The translations under genes and the position numbers were made by a program. This document shows positions 37,959-47,264 of a stretch of DNA of 64,000 bases, piece by piece (the first letter of the stretch is position 1; each line of letters begins with the position of its first letter). Below the pieces are notes generated by a model. That model worked only from the letters and a program-made list of their open reading frames with translations, was not told the origin of the DNA and searched no databases. Source of the stretch: an uncultured Roseobacter sp. (GTDB lineage Bacteria; Pseudomonadota; Alphaproteobacteria; Rhodobacterales; Rhodobacteraceae); the NCBI RefSeq assembly GCF_947499265.1, contig NZ_CANMNK010000005.1:244173-308172 (forward strand), in the 5' to 3' direction.

Positions 37959-39737
37959 CTATTGACCCAGCGCAATACCCTCTCGGCGGGGATCTGCGCC
38001 ACCCTTGAGCCCCTCACCAATCGAAATCGCATGCAGACCGGAGGTCAAGGCGCGGCTGCCGACCTCGTACCCCAGGGCGGTCAACCCCTCGGTCAGAGCC
38101 TCGGCGGAGGTGCCTTCCTCCACATCATACGTGCCGAAGCGGTTGACCGCGTGCGGCACCGACACGGCCTGCTGTACGTCCAGCCCCCAATCGAGATGTG
38201 CGATGATGCTTTCCGCGACATAGCCGATGATCCGGCTGCCGCCCGGGCTGCCGATGGTCAGGACCGGCGCACCGTCTTTCATCACAATGGTCGGTGCCAT
38301 GGAGGACCGCGGGCGCTTGCCCGGCTCAACCCGGTTGGCAATCGGTACGCCATCCACATGCGAGCGGAAGGAGAAATCGGTCAGTTCGTTGTTGAGAAGG
38401 AAGCCCCGCACCATCAGGCGGCTGCCAAAGCCGTTTTCGATGGTCGTGGTCATGGAGGCCACATTGCCTTCTGCATCGACGATCACGAAATGGGAGGTCG
38501 AGGGCAGCTCAATCGACTGGTCATCCGCCCACATCAGCGCATGGTCGAATTCCGGCGCGCCGGGGGTCACTTCGGGCAGCGCGTCATCACCCGCCAGCAG
38601 GGCGGAACGCCCCGCAAGATACATCGTGTCCAAGAGCCCCTTGGTCGGCACCGGCACAAAATCGCTGTCGGCCATGTAGCGGCCCCGGTCCGCGAAGGCC
38701 AAGCGCGATGCGTCGCCAATCAGGCGGCGGACCTCGATGTCCATCGGACCAGCGCTCAGGTCGTAATTGTCCAGCATGCCGAGGATCTGCCCGACCGTCA
38801 GCGCCCCGGAAGACGGCGGGCCCATGCCGCAAACATCATGTGCGCGATAGGTCACGCAGACCGGCGCGCGTTCCTTGACCGCATAGATGCCCAGATCAAG
38901 CGTGGACAAGACGCCGGGGTTGCCTTCAGCCGTTTGCACGGTATTCACGATATCAGCGGCAATCTCACCGGTATAGAAGGCACGCGTACCACCCTCTGCC
39001 ATGGCTTGCAGGGTCGCGCCATAGTCCGGGTTTTTCAGCAAATCGCCTGCTGCAAGCGGCGTGCCCCCGGGCATGAAGTACTCAGACGTGGTCGCAAAAC
39101 GGCCCAGGCGTTCCGCATCGCCTTCGATCAAACCTGCAAGACGGGGCGAGACTTCGAACCCTTCTTGAGCTCGTGCAATGGCAGGCGCCAACAACTCCGC
39201 CCAGGGCAGTTTGCCCCAGCGCACGTGCGCGTCTTCCATCAAGGCGGGGGTGCCGGGCGTGCCGACCGACAAGCCCCCGACAACCGCATCATAAAAGCTC
39301 AGCGGTTCCCCGCTGCCGTCCTGAAAAAGACGCGGCGTGGCTGCCAAAGGCGCGGTTTCACGCCCGTCCAAGGTGGTCAGCGTGCCCGTTGCCGCGTCGA
39401 AATAGACCAGAAACGCCCCGCCGCCGAGGCCGGAGGATTGCGGCTCCACCAGACCGAGCATCGCCTGCACAGCGACCAGCGCATCTGCAGCAGAGCCACC
39501 GTTGGCTAGCACATCGGCCCCCGCCTTGACCGCCCAGGGGTTGGCTGCAGCCACCATCCACTCTTGCGCCTCAACCGGCGTGCCCGCAAATTTTGCCTCC
39601 AGCGCCGCGGCAACATCTTCAGAGATTGCCTGAAACGCACCCTGTGTTGCGGCTTCCGGCTGAACCGCGTCCGCGGCCTGTTGTGCACCTGCGGTTGTCG
39701 CGGCGCAAAGGGCCAGTCCTGTCAAGAAAAGTCGCAT
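37959..39737 (-). CDS. ggt: Gamma-glutamyltransferase
   Basis: Signal peptide MRLFLTGLALCAATTAGAQQ, SGLGGGAFLVY, the autoprocessing site region PSTSHFVIVD, and GSPGGSRII. Confidence 0.9.
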   Translation of the reverse strand: MRLFLTGLALCAATTAGAQQAADAVQPEAATQGAFQAISEDVAAALEAKFAGTPVEAQEWMVAAANPWAVKAGADVLANGGSAADALVAVQAMLGLVEPQSSGLGGGAFLVYFDAATGTLTTLDGRETAPLAATPRLFQDGSGEPLSFYDAVVGGLSVGTPGTPALMEDAHVRWGKLPWAELLAPAIARAQEGFEVSPRLAGLIEGDAERLGRFATTSEYFMPGGTPLAAGDLLKNPDYGATLQAMAEGGTRAFYTGEIAADIVNTVQTAEGNPGVLSTLDLGIYAVKERAPVCVTYRAHDVCGMGPPSSGALTVGQILGMLDNYDLSAGPMDIEVRRLIGDASRLAFADRGRYMADSDFVPVPTKGLLDTMYLAGRSALLAGDDALPEVTPGAPEFDHALMWADDQSIELPSTSHFVIVDAEGNVASMTTTIENGFGSRLMVRGFLLNNELTDFSFRSHVDGVPIANRVEPGKRPRSSMAPTIVMKDGAPVLTIGSPGGSRIIGYVAESIIAHLDWGLDVQQAVSVPHAVNRFGTYDVEEGTSAEALTEGLTALGYEVGSRALTSGLHAISIGEGLKGGADPRREGIALGQ

Positions 39738-39762
39738 GGTCTCTCCAATCTGAAAGCTGGGG

Positions 39763-40749
39763 TTATAGCATGGACGGCACAACCTGATCCGGTGGTCGGT
39801 GGCCGTCGTCGAAGGTCTTGATATTGATGATGACTTTTTCGCCCATCTCCATCCGTCCCTCGCGGGTGGCGGAGCCCATATGCGGCAGCAGCACCACGTT
39901 TTCGAGCTCTCGCAGACGCGGGTTCACATGGGTTCCGCGTTCATAGACATCGAGACCGGCGCCTGCGATCTCACCTGATCGCAACATGCGCGTCAGCGCG
40001 TTTTCATCGATCACTTCACCGCGCGAGGTGTTCACGATCACCGCCTCGGGCTTCATCAGCTTCAAGCGACGGGCGTTCATCAGGTGAAACGTTGAGGGCG
40101 TCGCCGGGCAGTTGATAGAGATCACATCCATGCGGGCAACCATCTGATCGAGGCTCTCCCAATAGGTGGCTTCCAGCGCCTCTTCCACTTCGGGACGCAA
40201 CCGGCGGCGATTGTGATAATGCACCTGCATGCCAAAGGCCGCCGCCCGGCGTGCAACCGCCTGCCCGATCCGGCCCATGCCCAGAATGCCCAGCCGGCGC
40301 CCGCCAACCCGACCGCCCAGAAACGCGGTGGGCGCCCAGCCATCCCAGCCATCGGATTGCATCACATTCAGCCCCTCGGGCATCCGGCGCAGCACCGCCA
40401 GCAACAGCGCCATGGTCATATCGGCGGTATCATCGGTCAGCACACCGGGCGTGTTCGACACCAGAATGCCGCGCTGACGGGCGGTGGAAACATCGATATG
40501 GTCGACCCCCGCCCCGTAATTCGCGATCAGCTTCAAACGGTCGCCCGCCTGCCCGATCAGGGCAGAATCGATCTCGTCCGTCACCGTCGGCACCAGCACG
40601 TCCGCGGATTTCATGGCCGAGACCAGATCGGTGCGGCTCATCGGCGTGTCGTCATCGCGCAGTTTTACATCGAAAAGCTCAGACAGGCGCGTCTCTACCG
40701 CTTCCGGCAACCGTCGCGTAACGACAACACTCAGCTTAGGCTTTGGCAT
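39763..40749 (-). CDS. D-isomer-specific 2-hydroxyacid dehydrogenase (glyoxylate/hydroxypyruvate reductase-like)
   Basis: LGILGMGRIGQAVARRA NAD fold, VNTSRGEVID, LLPHMGSAT. Start trimmed to ATG 40749. Confidence 0.85.
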   Translation of the reverse strand: MPKPKLSVVVTRRLPEAVETRLSELFDVKLRDDDTPMSRTDLVSAMKSADVLVPTVTDEIDSALIGQAGDRLKLIANYGAGVDHIDVSTARQRGILVSNTPGVLTDDTADMTMALLLAVLRRMPEGLNVMQSDGWDGWAPTAFLGGRVGGRRLGILGMGRIGQAVARRAAAFGMQVHYHNRRRLRPEVEEALEATYWESLDQMVARMDVISINCPATPSTFHLMNARRLKLMKPEAVIVNTSRGEVIDENALTRMLRSGEIAGAGLDVYERGTHVNPRLRELENVVLLPHMGSATREGRMEMGEKVIINIKTFDDGHRPPDQVVPSML

Positions 40750-40867
40750 TTTGGGCCTCCCCGGACTTGGCGCAACCACCCTTTTCATGGCATGGTGGCT
40801 GAGATGGCGACGAGGCACAAGAACCTCGCGCATTCAATCGGGCAAAATACGAATAACGGGCACTGTC

Positions 40868-41371
40868 ATGACCAAAACCTTTTTTGCAGCCCTCGTTGGG
40901 GGCCTCCTGCTTGCGGTGACACATTCGCCGGGTTTTGCGCGCGACACGGGCCCCGTTACGAATCTGCCACTGCCACGCTATGTCTCGATGAAAGCTACCG
41001 AGGGAAACGTGCGGCGCGGCCCTTCGCTGACGCACCGCATTGACTGGGTTTTCAAACACCGCGACATGCCCCTGCAGATCGTTGCGGAACACGGGCACTG
41101 GCGCCGCGTCGAGGATCGCGATGGCCAGGGCGGATGGGTGCATTATTCCCTGCTGTCCGGCGTGCGCACGGTGATCGTGGAAAAGGATATGCTGCCAATC
41201 CACGTGCGTCCCGATGCCGAAGCGCCGGTGGCCGCGGCCCTTGAGCTTGGGGTGATTGCCCGGCTTGGGAAGTGCGGTCCGGAATGGTGCCAGCTCCGTT
41301 CCGGCGGCTATCGGGGATGGGCCCCGAAGTCCCGCCTCTGGGGGGTGGCACCGGACGAGATCCGGGAATAA
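40868..41371 (+). CDS. Secreted SH3-like domain protein (DUF1058-like)
   Basis: Signal peptide MTKTFFAALVGGLLLAVTHSPGFA, then two SH3-like repeats (LPRYVSMKATEGNVRRGPS...; GWVHYSLLSG...WCQLRSGGYRGW). Confidence 0.7.
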   Translation: MTKTFFAALVGGLLLAVTHSPGFARDTGPVTNLPLPRYVSMKATEGNVRRGPSLTHRIDWVFKHRDMPLQIVAEHGHWRRVEDRDGQGGWVHYSLLSGVRTVIVEKDMLPIHVRPDAEAPVAAALELGVIARLGKCGPEWCQLRSGGYRGWAPKSRLWGVAPDEIRE

Positions 41372-41389
41372 CCCACCTGCATTGCCGCG

Positions 41390-42316
41390 CTAACCATGCC
41401 CGGTCGCGGCAATGCTCGACGCGATAAATGTGTTGATCAGACGCGCGAGTTCCGGTCCGACGTCCTCCTGCAGGAAGTGCCCGGCACCGCGAAGGACCTT
41501 ATGCGGCTGGCCCGCAGCGCCGACCATTTCAGTCTGAAACACCCGGTCCACGCCCGCCATGATTCTGTCCTCAGCGCCGAATAGCGTGAGCACCGGAAGC
41601 TCAAGAGTGCGCAAAACCTCCCAGGAGCGGCGGTTGGCCTCCGACGCCGGGTCATCCGGCCGATCTGGTACCAGCATGGGAAACTGGCGCGCACCGGCCT
41701 GATATGTCTCATCCGGAAACGGCGCATCGTATGCGGCGATTTCAGCCTCAGATAATTTGCTGACCGTGCCGCCATAGACAATGCGTCCGGCACGGAATTC
41801 GTCGACCTCCTGCGAATAGGTGCGCCAGGATGCAAAGGCCTCTCCAAGGGTTTGATCGCCGGTTGGCAGGGCCGTGTTTGCCACAACAAGGCGCGAGAAC
41901 CGGTGCGGCATTTGTGCGAGTAGCCGCAATCCGATCAGCCCACCCCAATCCTGACAGACCAGCGTGATACGGTGCAGATCAAGCTGATCCAGCACATCAG
42001 ACATCCAGTCGACATGCCGCTGGTAGGTGTAATCTTCGCGTTTGATCGGCTTGTCGGACCGACCAAACCCCACCAGATCCGGCGCCACAACCCGGTGACC
42101 CGCCGCCGTAAAGACCGGGATCATGTGACGGTAGAGATAGGACCAGGTCGGCTCTCCATGCATCAGCAGAACCGGCGCCACGGCAGAAGGCCCCTCATCC
42201 AGATAGTGCACCCGCAGCGCGCCGCCTTCGGTGTCATCAATGCCCAGGTAATGCGGCTCAAAGGGGAAATCGACCAACCCGTCAAAACGGTGGTCGGGCG
42301 TTCGCAGCACTTTCAT
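41390..42316 (-). CDS. Haloalkane dehalogenase-type alpha/beta hydrolase
   Basis: RVHYLDEGP, LLMHGEPTWSYLYR, nucleophile elbow VCQDWGG, C-terminal GHFLQED. Start trimmed to ATG 42316. Confidence 0.8.
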   Translation of the reverse strand: MKVLRTPDHRFDGLVDFPFEPHYLGIDDTEGGALRVHYLDEGPSAVAPVLLMHGEPTWSYLYRHMIPVFTAAGHRVVAPDLVGFGRSDKPIKREDYTYQRHVDWMSDVLDQLDLHRITLVCQDWGGLIGLRLLAQMPHRFSRLVVANTALPTGDQTLGEAFASWRTYSQEVDEFRAGRIVYGGTVSKLSEAEIAAYDAPFPDETYQAGARQFPMLVPDRPDDPASEANRRSWEVLRTLELPVLTLFGAEDRIMAGVDRVFQTEMVGAAGQPHKVLRGAGHFLQEDVGPELARLINTFIASSIAATGHG

Positions 42317-42408
42317 GACCCTATCCCATCCCGTGAATACCCGATGGTATTCCGTGTAATTCACCCTAGGGTAGCGCTGAATGACCCTGAATACAAAGAG
42401 GCTTCGCA

Positions 42409-43401
42409 ATGCGTGCAATTAGTTATGATCGGTTTGGCGCGGCGGCAGAGGTGTTGCAGCTATCGGATCTGCCCGAACAGGGGCCTGGCCCGGGTGAGGT
42501 CTGCGTTGAACTGGCGTTTTCCGGGGTCAACCCATCGGATGTCAAAGCCCGCGCAGGATCGCGCCCGGGGGGCACCAAGCCGCCCTTCCCAAAGGTTGTG
42601 CCGCACAGCGACGGTGCGGGCGTCATTGCTTCGGTTGGTCCTGGCGTAATTCCGGCGCGCATCGGGGAACGCGTCTGGGTCTGGAACGGCCAATGGCAAC
42701 GCGCATTTGGCACCGCAGCGACGCACATCACCTTACCAGCAGATCAAGCGGTCCCACTCCCCGACCAGATCAGCCTTGAAACAGGGGCGATCTTGGGCAT
42801 TCCAGGACTGACCGCGGTCCACACCGTTTTTGGCAGCGGCGAGGTCATTGGCCAAACCGTGCTCGTGCAGGGCGGCGCGGGCACCGTTGGCTACCTGGCT
42901 GTACAGCTCGCAAAATGGGGCGGTGCAAGAGTGATTGCGACGGCCAGAGGGGCGGGTATGGCGCGATGCGCAGAGGCTGGCGCCGACGCTGTGTTGGATT
43001 ACGCCACGCCAGACCTTTCAGATCAGATTCTAGCCGCGAATGGCGGACAACAGGTTGAGCGCATCGTCGAAGTGGAATTCGGGCGAAACATCGAAACGGA
43101 CACTGCAGTCATAGCGCCAAATGGTGTCATTGCGGCTTTCGGATCAGCGCAGGACATGACCCCAAGCCTCCCGTTTTACCAGCTCCTGTTCAAGGCCGTG
43201 ACAATCGATATTGCGCTGATCTACCTGCTGCCTTCGGCAGAGCGCCACAGCGCGATTGCACGTCTACACGCCGCGCTAGATGCCCATGCGCTGCACTGTC
43301 CAGTCGACAAAACCTATCCGCTCGCCGACACGGCAAAGGCCCATCAGGCCGTCGAAACAGGGGGCCGGCAAGGCGCGGTTCTGATCGACGTCACCCGCTA
43401 G
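42409..43401 (+). CDS. NADPH:quinone oxidoreductase / zinc-type alcohol dehydrogenase superfamily protein
   Basis: GEVCVELAFSGVNPSDV and VLVQGGAGTVGYLAVQLAK. 330 aa. Confidence 0.85.
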   Translation: MRAISYDRFGAAAEVLQLSDLPEQGPGPGEVCVELAFSGVNPSDVKARAGSRPGGTKPPFPKVVPHSDGAGVIASVGPGVIPARIGERVWVWNGQWQRAFGTAATHITLPADQAVPLPDQISLETGAILGIPGLTAVHTVFGSGEVIGQTVLVQGGAGTVGYLAVQLAKWGGARVIATARGAGMARCAEAGADAVLDYATPDLSDQILAANGGQQVERIVEVEFGRNIETDTAVIAPNGVIAAFGSAQDMTPSLPFYQLLFKAVTIDIALIYLLPSAERHSAIARLHAALDAHALHCPVDKTYPLADTAKAHQAVETGGRQGAVLIDVTR

Positions 43402-43460
43402 GAGCAGCGCATTGGCTGGTAGGATTAACGGAAAATGCACAATTTTTGTCAAAAACGGGT

Positions 43461-43488
43461 CTTGCGCGTCCGGTCAGAGGGGCTTAAT
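43461..43488 (+). promoter_or_regulatory. Candidate promoter of tRNA-Gln
   Basis: CTTGCG (43461-43466), a 16-bp spacer, then CTTAAT (43483-43488), about 14 bp before the mature tRNA 5' end. Confidence 0.3.
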
Positions 43489-43501
43489 TACCGCGACACG
43501 T

Positions 43502-43576
43502 TGGGATGTAGCCAAGTGGTAAGGCAACTGTTTTTGGTACAGTGTACCGTAGGTTCGAATCCTACCATCCCAGCCA
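43502..43576 (+). tRNA. tRNA-Gln (anticodon TTG)
   Basis: Cloverleaf read by hand. Acceptor TGGGATG/CATCCCA; D-arm GCC-AAGTGGTAA-GGC; anticodon arm ACTGT-TTTTGGT-ACAGT (TTG); T-arm GTAGG-TTCGAAT-CCTAC; discriminator G; encoded CCA. 75 nt. Confidence 0.93.
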
Positions 43577-43852
43577 AAAAATTCTGTATGCCGTCCGATG
43601 TGAATCGCAACTTGCCCCGCGAGACTTGGAACTTTTGTCGGGTATGAACGCAATTTCGTATCAATTTAATTGATTTTGGGCGTTTCTGCGCCCTTGCAGT
43701 TACGTTCAACCCGTTCTGAAGAAATGCCCCAGTTCATATGCGCTTGTCAGCAATTGGCATCTACACAGGTGGTGGTTTGAAGTGAGCAAGCTCCAGAGGC
43801 GCATCGCTCGCAACGAAAACTGCAGAGTTAAGCGACGCGACCAAGGGAGGAT

Positions 43853-44239
43853 TTAGGAAGGCCCGTTGTTGTCCATGTCGAGGATCATCTTCCACGCACC
43901 GGTCTCGTCGCGCTTGTAGACAAGCACCAGGCGGCCTTCAGGGCTGCGGACATCACCGGTATCGCGCATCTTCATGGTTCCGTAGAAGCGACCACAGACC
44001 ACGGCAGTGTTACCATAAAATTGCAGGTCTTCGATGTCATAACCGGAGGTGATTTCAGCGGCTGCAATGCGCGGATTGTATTTGTCGCGAATGGCTTGGG
44101 TGCCCACGGTTACAGGTTGGCGTTCATTGACCGTCATGACGTCCGGGTGGCACGTGTTGACCATCTGCTCAATGTCGCCATCGTCCAGGCCGCCATTTCA
44201 CTGGTTGATGATGGCTTCGATTTCTTCGCGTTCAGTCAT
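43853..44239 (-). pseudogene. SnoaL-like/DUF4440-like (NTF2 fold) gene interrupted by an in-frame TGA
   Basis: My translation from ATG 44239 gives MTEREEIEAIINQ*NGGLDDGDIEQMVNTCHPDV..., continuing in frame into ORF 43853-44164. The TGA (44200-44198) sits where this family normally has Trp (TGG). Confidence 0.65.
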
Positions 44240-44243
44240 GGTC

Positions 44244-44552
44244 TTACTCCGATGCTTTGGGTTGGTAGGATGTGAAAAACTGGCCCACGATCATTTCTTC
44301 GATCTTCCCTAGGAAGGCTTTTGTCGCGGGGCGTTGCGCAAATTGGGGTGTCACCCGCTTTGCCGTTTCGTAGTCAGGGAAGGTGAAAATATCCGCGTAA
44401 AGTGTCTGGCGAGACGGGTCTGTCGTCACCAAGGTTTCCCAGGATGTGACACCTTCAAGTGCGACAAAGTCAGCGCGGGCCGCCTCGCGGATGGCATCAA
44501 CTTCGGCGCCCTCTTTCATCTTCAGGACGAAAATCTCGGTGATATTAGGCAT
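44244..44552 (-). CDS. Hypothetical small protein (possibly dimeric alpha/beta-barrel, ABM-like)
   Basis: 102 aa from ATG 44552, preceded by GAGGAAGG. MPNITEIFVLKMKEGAEVD... It lies 4 nt upstream of the SnoaL-like gene and is divergent from the LysR gene. Confidence 0.6.
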   Translation of the reverse strand: MPNITEIFVLKMKEGAEVDAIREAARADFVALEGVTSWETLVTTDPSRQTLYADIFTFPDYETAKRVTPQFAQRPATKAFLGKIEEMIVGQFFTSYQPKASE

Positions 44553-44606
44553 TGTGCCTTCCTCATGATTGCGACTTGTCATGAAGCTAGGCCATCGCTA
44601 CCGTAA

Positions 44607-44625
44607 GGATAACCCGCACTTATCC
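44607..44625. promoter_or_regulatory. Candidate LysR-type binding site
   Basis: GGATAA-cccgcac-TTATCC is a perfect 6-bp inverted repeat containing a T-N11-A core. It lies in the divergent intergenic region between the LysR gene and the ABM-like/SnoaL-like genes. Confidence 0.45.
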
Positions 44626-44651
44626 TAACGCAGTGATTGATTTATCGAACA

Positions 44652-45554
44652 ATGAGCAGAAGTAATTTTGGAGATATCCGCGTCTTTGTCGAAGTTGCCC
44701 GCAGCGGTGGTTTCCGCGCTGCTGCCGAACACCTTCATCAGGCCCCGGCGTCGGTGAGTGAAGCTATTCAGCGGTTTGAAAACAGGCTTGGCGTGCGTCT
44801 CTTTGAGCGTTCCACGCGATCGGTTGCACTAACCCCAATCGGGGAGCAGTTCTATGCGCGCAGCTTACCGGCAATAGCAGAGCTGGAGGGCGCAATGCGC
44901 GATCTCGACGATCAGAAGGATGAAATCAACGGCACGCTGCGCCTGTCTGCCCCTTACAGCGCCGGACCGTTTTTTCTGGATGATCTAGTTGCCCGGTTTG
45001 CTGCCGCCTACCCGGCGGTCGATCTCGAGCTGATCTATGACGACAAAAAGGTTGATCTGCTGACATCGGGCATTGATGCAGCCATCCGATCAAACACGTT
45101 GCTTCACCCTGACACCCATGCGGTTGCCGTTGGTCCTGAGCTGTCAATGAGCATCGTGGCATCGCAGGCCTATCTTGCAACCAAGGGTGTTCCACAACAA
45201 CCGCGCGACGTTCTGGACCACGACGCGATTTGCTATGCCTTCGGGGCCGGAGGGCATCATGCCCCTTGGGGTTTCACTGGACCCGACGGACCATTCACCA
45301 TGCAGCCGAAGCCCAGACTGGTCGCGAACGACATGCGGTCCCTTTTGCACTACGCGCGCCACGGACTTGGCCTCGCATATGTCTACGCGGAGATCGCAGC
45401 GCCATATGTCACGAACGACGGCTTGGTTGAAGTGCTCGGCGAACATCTGTCGTCTTTGCCGCGTTACTCGCTCAACTACCGCAGCAAACGGCATATGACA
45501 CGTCGGCTTAGAGCCTTCGTGGACATGGCGAAAGAAGGCAAAACAATCTACTGA
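44652..45554 (+). CDS. LysR-family transcriptional regulator
   Basis: HTH FGDIRVFVEVARSGGFRAAAEHLHQAPASVSEAIQRFENRLGVRLFERSTR and a substrate-binding domain. Start trimmed to ATG 44652. Confidence 0.9.
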   Translation: MSRSNFGDIRVFVEVARSGGFRAAAEHLHQAPASVSEAIQRFENRLGVRLFERSTRSVALTPIGEQFYARSLPAIAELEGAMRDLDDQKDEINGTLRLSAPYSAGPFFLDDLVARFAAAYPAVDLELIYDDKKVDLLTSGIDAAIRSNTLLHPDTHAVAVGPELSMSIVASQAYLATKGVPQQPRDVLDHDAICYAFGAGGHHAPWGFTGPDGPFTMQPKPRLVANDMRSLLHYARHGLGLAYVYAEIAAPYVTNDGLVEVLGEHLSSLPRYSLNYRSKRHMTRRLRAFVDMAKEGKTIY

Positions 45555-45590
45555 AACGCCACACCCGAAGACAACGTATTTGGAGCACTC

Positions 45591-45992
45591 ATGGTCGGAG
45601 AGACAAACCTTAACGCGCTGATCAAATCGCTATCTGCTGTGCTGCACGACGGCGTGTTCGTCTTTGCCACGTGCCCGCCGCACCAGCCTATTCCTGACAT
45701 TGCACCCCGCATGATGTTTCAGGAGGCCGAAGGCACGACCCTTATTCTGCTCAAATCCGAAGCCGAAGCTCATTCGCTCCGGTTCGAGTTTCCATGTCGA
45801 ATGATCACGCTCAACATACATTCTTCCCTCGAAGCCGTCGGGTTTATGGCTGTTATCGCGTCTGAGTTGGCAAAGCATGATATGGGTGTAAATCCTGTTT
45901 CTGGATTTTTCCACGATCACTTGTTTGTCCCTGACGGGCGGGAAAAAGAGGCGGTTGACGCGTTGGAAAACCTCGCCCACTCCATGTCGTGA
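45591..45992 (+). CDS. ACT-domain protein (DUF2241-like)
   Basis: 133 aa. ...HDGVFVFAT...EAEGTTLIL...VGFMAVIASELAKHDMGVNPVSGFFHDHLFVP matches the small ACT-domain family. GGAG RBS. Confidence 0.7.
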   Translation: MVGETNLNALIKSLSAVLHDGVFVFATCPPHQPIPDIAPRMMFQEAEGTTLILLKSEAEAHSLRFEFPCRMITLNIHSSLEAVGFMAVIASELAKHDMGVNPVSGFFHDHLFVPDGREKEAVDALENLAHSMS

Positions 45993-46071
45993 CGCAAACA
46001 CCGTCGGATCAGCCCTCCACACGATGCCGTCGAACTTCTGGTGCGGAACAAATGCCGTTTATTGAGTTATC

Positions 46072-46095
46072 TTGACTGCAACGTCGAGCAGTCAA
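46072..46095. promoter_or_regulatory. Perfect 8-8-8 palindromic element TTGACTGC-aacgtcga-GCAGTCAA
   Basis: Read directly from the sequence. It lies in the non-coding leader, 80 bp after the ACT gene and about 215 bp before the five-gene operon. No T-tract follows, so an operator or RNA hairpin is more likely than a terminator. Confidence 0.4.
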
Positions 46096-46310
46096 AGCGC
46101 ATTTCGGCGTAAGGCATAAGCCGGACATACCTAAGGTATCAGTCGCCTGGCCTCTTGGAATGTTGCAGCGACGCCTTTTTCCTTTGGACAAACCTATCCG
46201 CAGCCATAAAACTGCAAAGACCTGCTTCCCACTCAAGCAGGGAAGACCGAGGTTTGCGTGAGCGCCTCGAAAGACCTTGAGCAGGCTGAATAAACTTTGA
46301 GGATTTGTGC

Positions 46311-47264
46311 ATGTCCGGACTTGTCCGTGCGTTGTTTCAATCAGAACTTGATTTGACCCTCGCGACGGGCAAGCAGTTTGAAACGCGGATTGTTGAGCGG
46401 CCTGGGCTGTGGATGTCAGAAGATGAGCTGGCGGCTCTGTCTCAGGACCTGATCACGGTTGCCTCAAAGACCCTGGCGCGCGGCGCGCTGACCTATGGCG
46501 TTTTCTCGGGTGATCCGGAGCGGCTGAAATCCACGATCATCACACTTGTGCGGCGCAAGGATACCGGACAGCCGGTTGCGTTCAACGCGCTGGCCTTGAT
46601 GGACATCACCACGATGGCCGAACCGATGGAGGTTCTGCATCTGGGACTGGTTATGGTCGATCCGGAGGAGCAATCCCGGGGATTGTCCTGGGTCCTCTAT
46701 GGTCTGACCTGCATCTTGTTGCTCTTCCGCAATCAGATGCGCCCGCTGTGGGTCTCCAATGTCACGCAGGTGCCGGCCATCGTCGGCATGGTCGCGGAAA
46801 CCTTCAGCGGTGTTTTCCCGACGCCCCGGCGGCAGAGGCAACGGTCGCTTCAGCATCTGCTGCTTGCCCGGACGATCATGGCAGACCACCGACACGTGTT
46901 CGGGGTCGGGGGCGATGCCGAGTTTGACGAGGATCGCTTTGTGATCACCAATGCCTATACAGGCGGCTCGGACGATCTGAAAAAGACGTTTGAAGAAGCC
47001 CCCCACCACCGCGATCAGGTTTACAACGACTTCTGTCAGCAGACGCTGGACTATGACCGGGGCGATGACGTGTTACAGCTCGGCCAGATCGATCTGGCAA
47101 CAGCAGTCGGGTATCTGAAGAATTCGGTGCCCAGAGCCTCGCTGGCCAGTGTGGGTTTGACCCTTGTGGCCGTGATGCTGCAGCGGTTGATCTTGCCCGC
47201 CATCTACTGGTTCGACAACAGCCGCCGCTTTGGCACCTTGCGCCCGCGAAAGGACCCAGCTTGA
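46311..47264 (+). CDS. Hypothetical protein, tentatively GNAT-fold acyltransferase (operon gene 1)
   Basis: ATG 46311 has a GAGGA RBS 8 nt upstream. The segment VLHLGLVMVDPEEQSRGLSWVLY resembles GNAT beta4-alpha3 (Q-x-x-G-x-S/A). 317 aa. Confidence 0.7.
   Translation: MSGLVRALFQSELDLTLATGKQFETRIVERPGLWMSEDELAALSQDLITVASKTLARGALTYGVFSGDPERLKSTIITLVRRKDTGQPVAFNALALMDITTMAEPMEVLHLGLVMVDPEEQSRGLSWVLYGLTCILLLFRNQMRPLWVSNVTQVPAIVGMVAETFSGVFPTPRRQRQRSLQHLLLARTIMADHRHVFGVGGDAEFDEDRFVITNAYTGGSDDLKKTFEEAPHHRDQVYNDFCQQTLDYDRGDDVLQLGQIDLATAVGYLKNSVPRASLASVGLTLVAVMLQRLILPAIYWFDNSRRFGTLRPRKDPA

Noticed and set aside
43577-43852. Integrase or att remnants next to tRNA-Gln. This includes the palindrome TCAATT-t-AATTGA (43661-43673) and the hairpin GGGCG-tttctg-CGCCC (43678-43693).
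   Set aside because: No integrase-like reading frame appears in any frame, and I saw no repeat of the tRNA 3' end downstream. The hairpin lacks a T-tract. No mobile element or terminator is therefore called here.
44198-44200. The in-frame TGA in the SnoaL-like gene, considered as a selenocysteine or recoding site.
   Set aside because: No SECIS-like stem-loop follows immediately downstream and no sel genes are in the window. The family has Trp, not Cys/Sec, at this position, so a TGG-to-TGA mutation or a sequencing error is the simpler explanation.
46160-46261. 33-codon ORF (MLQRRLFPLDKPIRSHKTAKTCFPLKQGRPRFA), and a 13-codon ORF at 46024-46065, in the leader of the ThiF operon, considered as possible precursor peptides.
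   Set aside because: Neither has a convincing RBS. There is no leader/core organisation, no C-terminal Asn or Gly-Gly feature, and the 33-codon ORF overlaps a hairpin. They cannot be supported from sequence alone and are listed only as something to test by comparative analysis.
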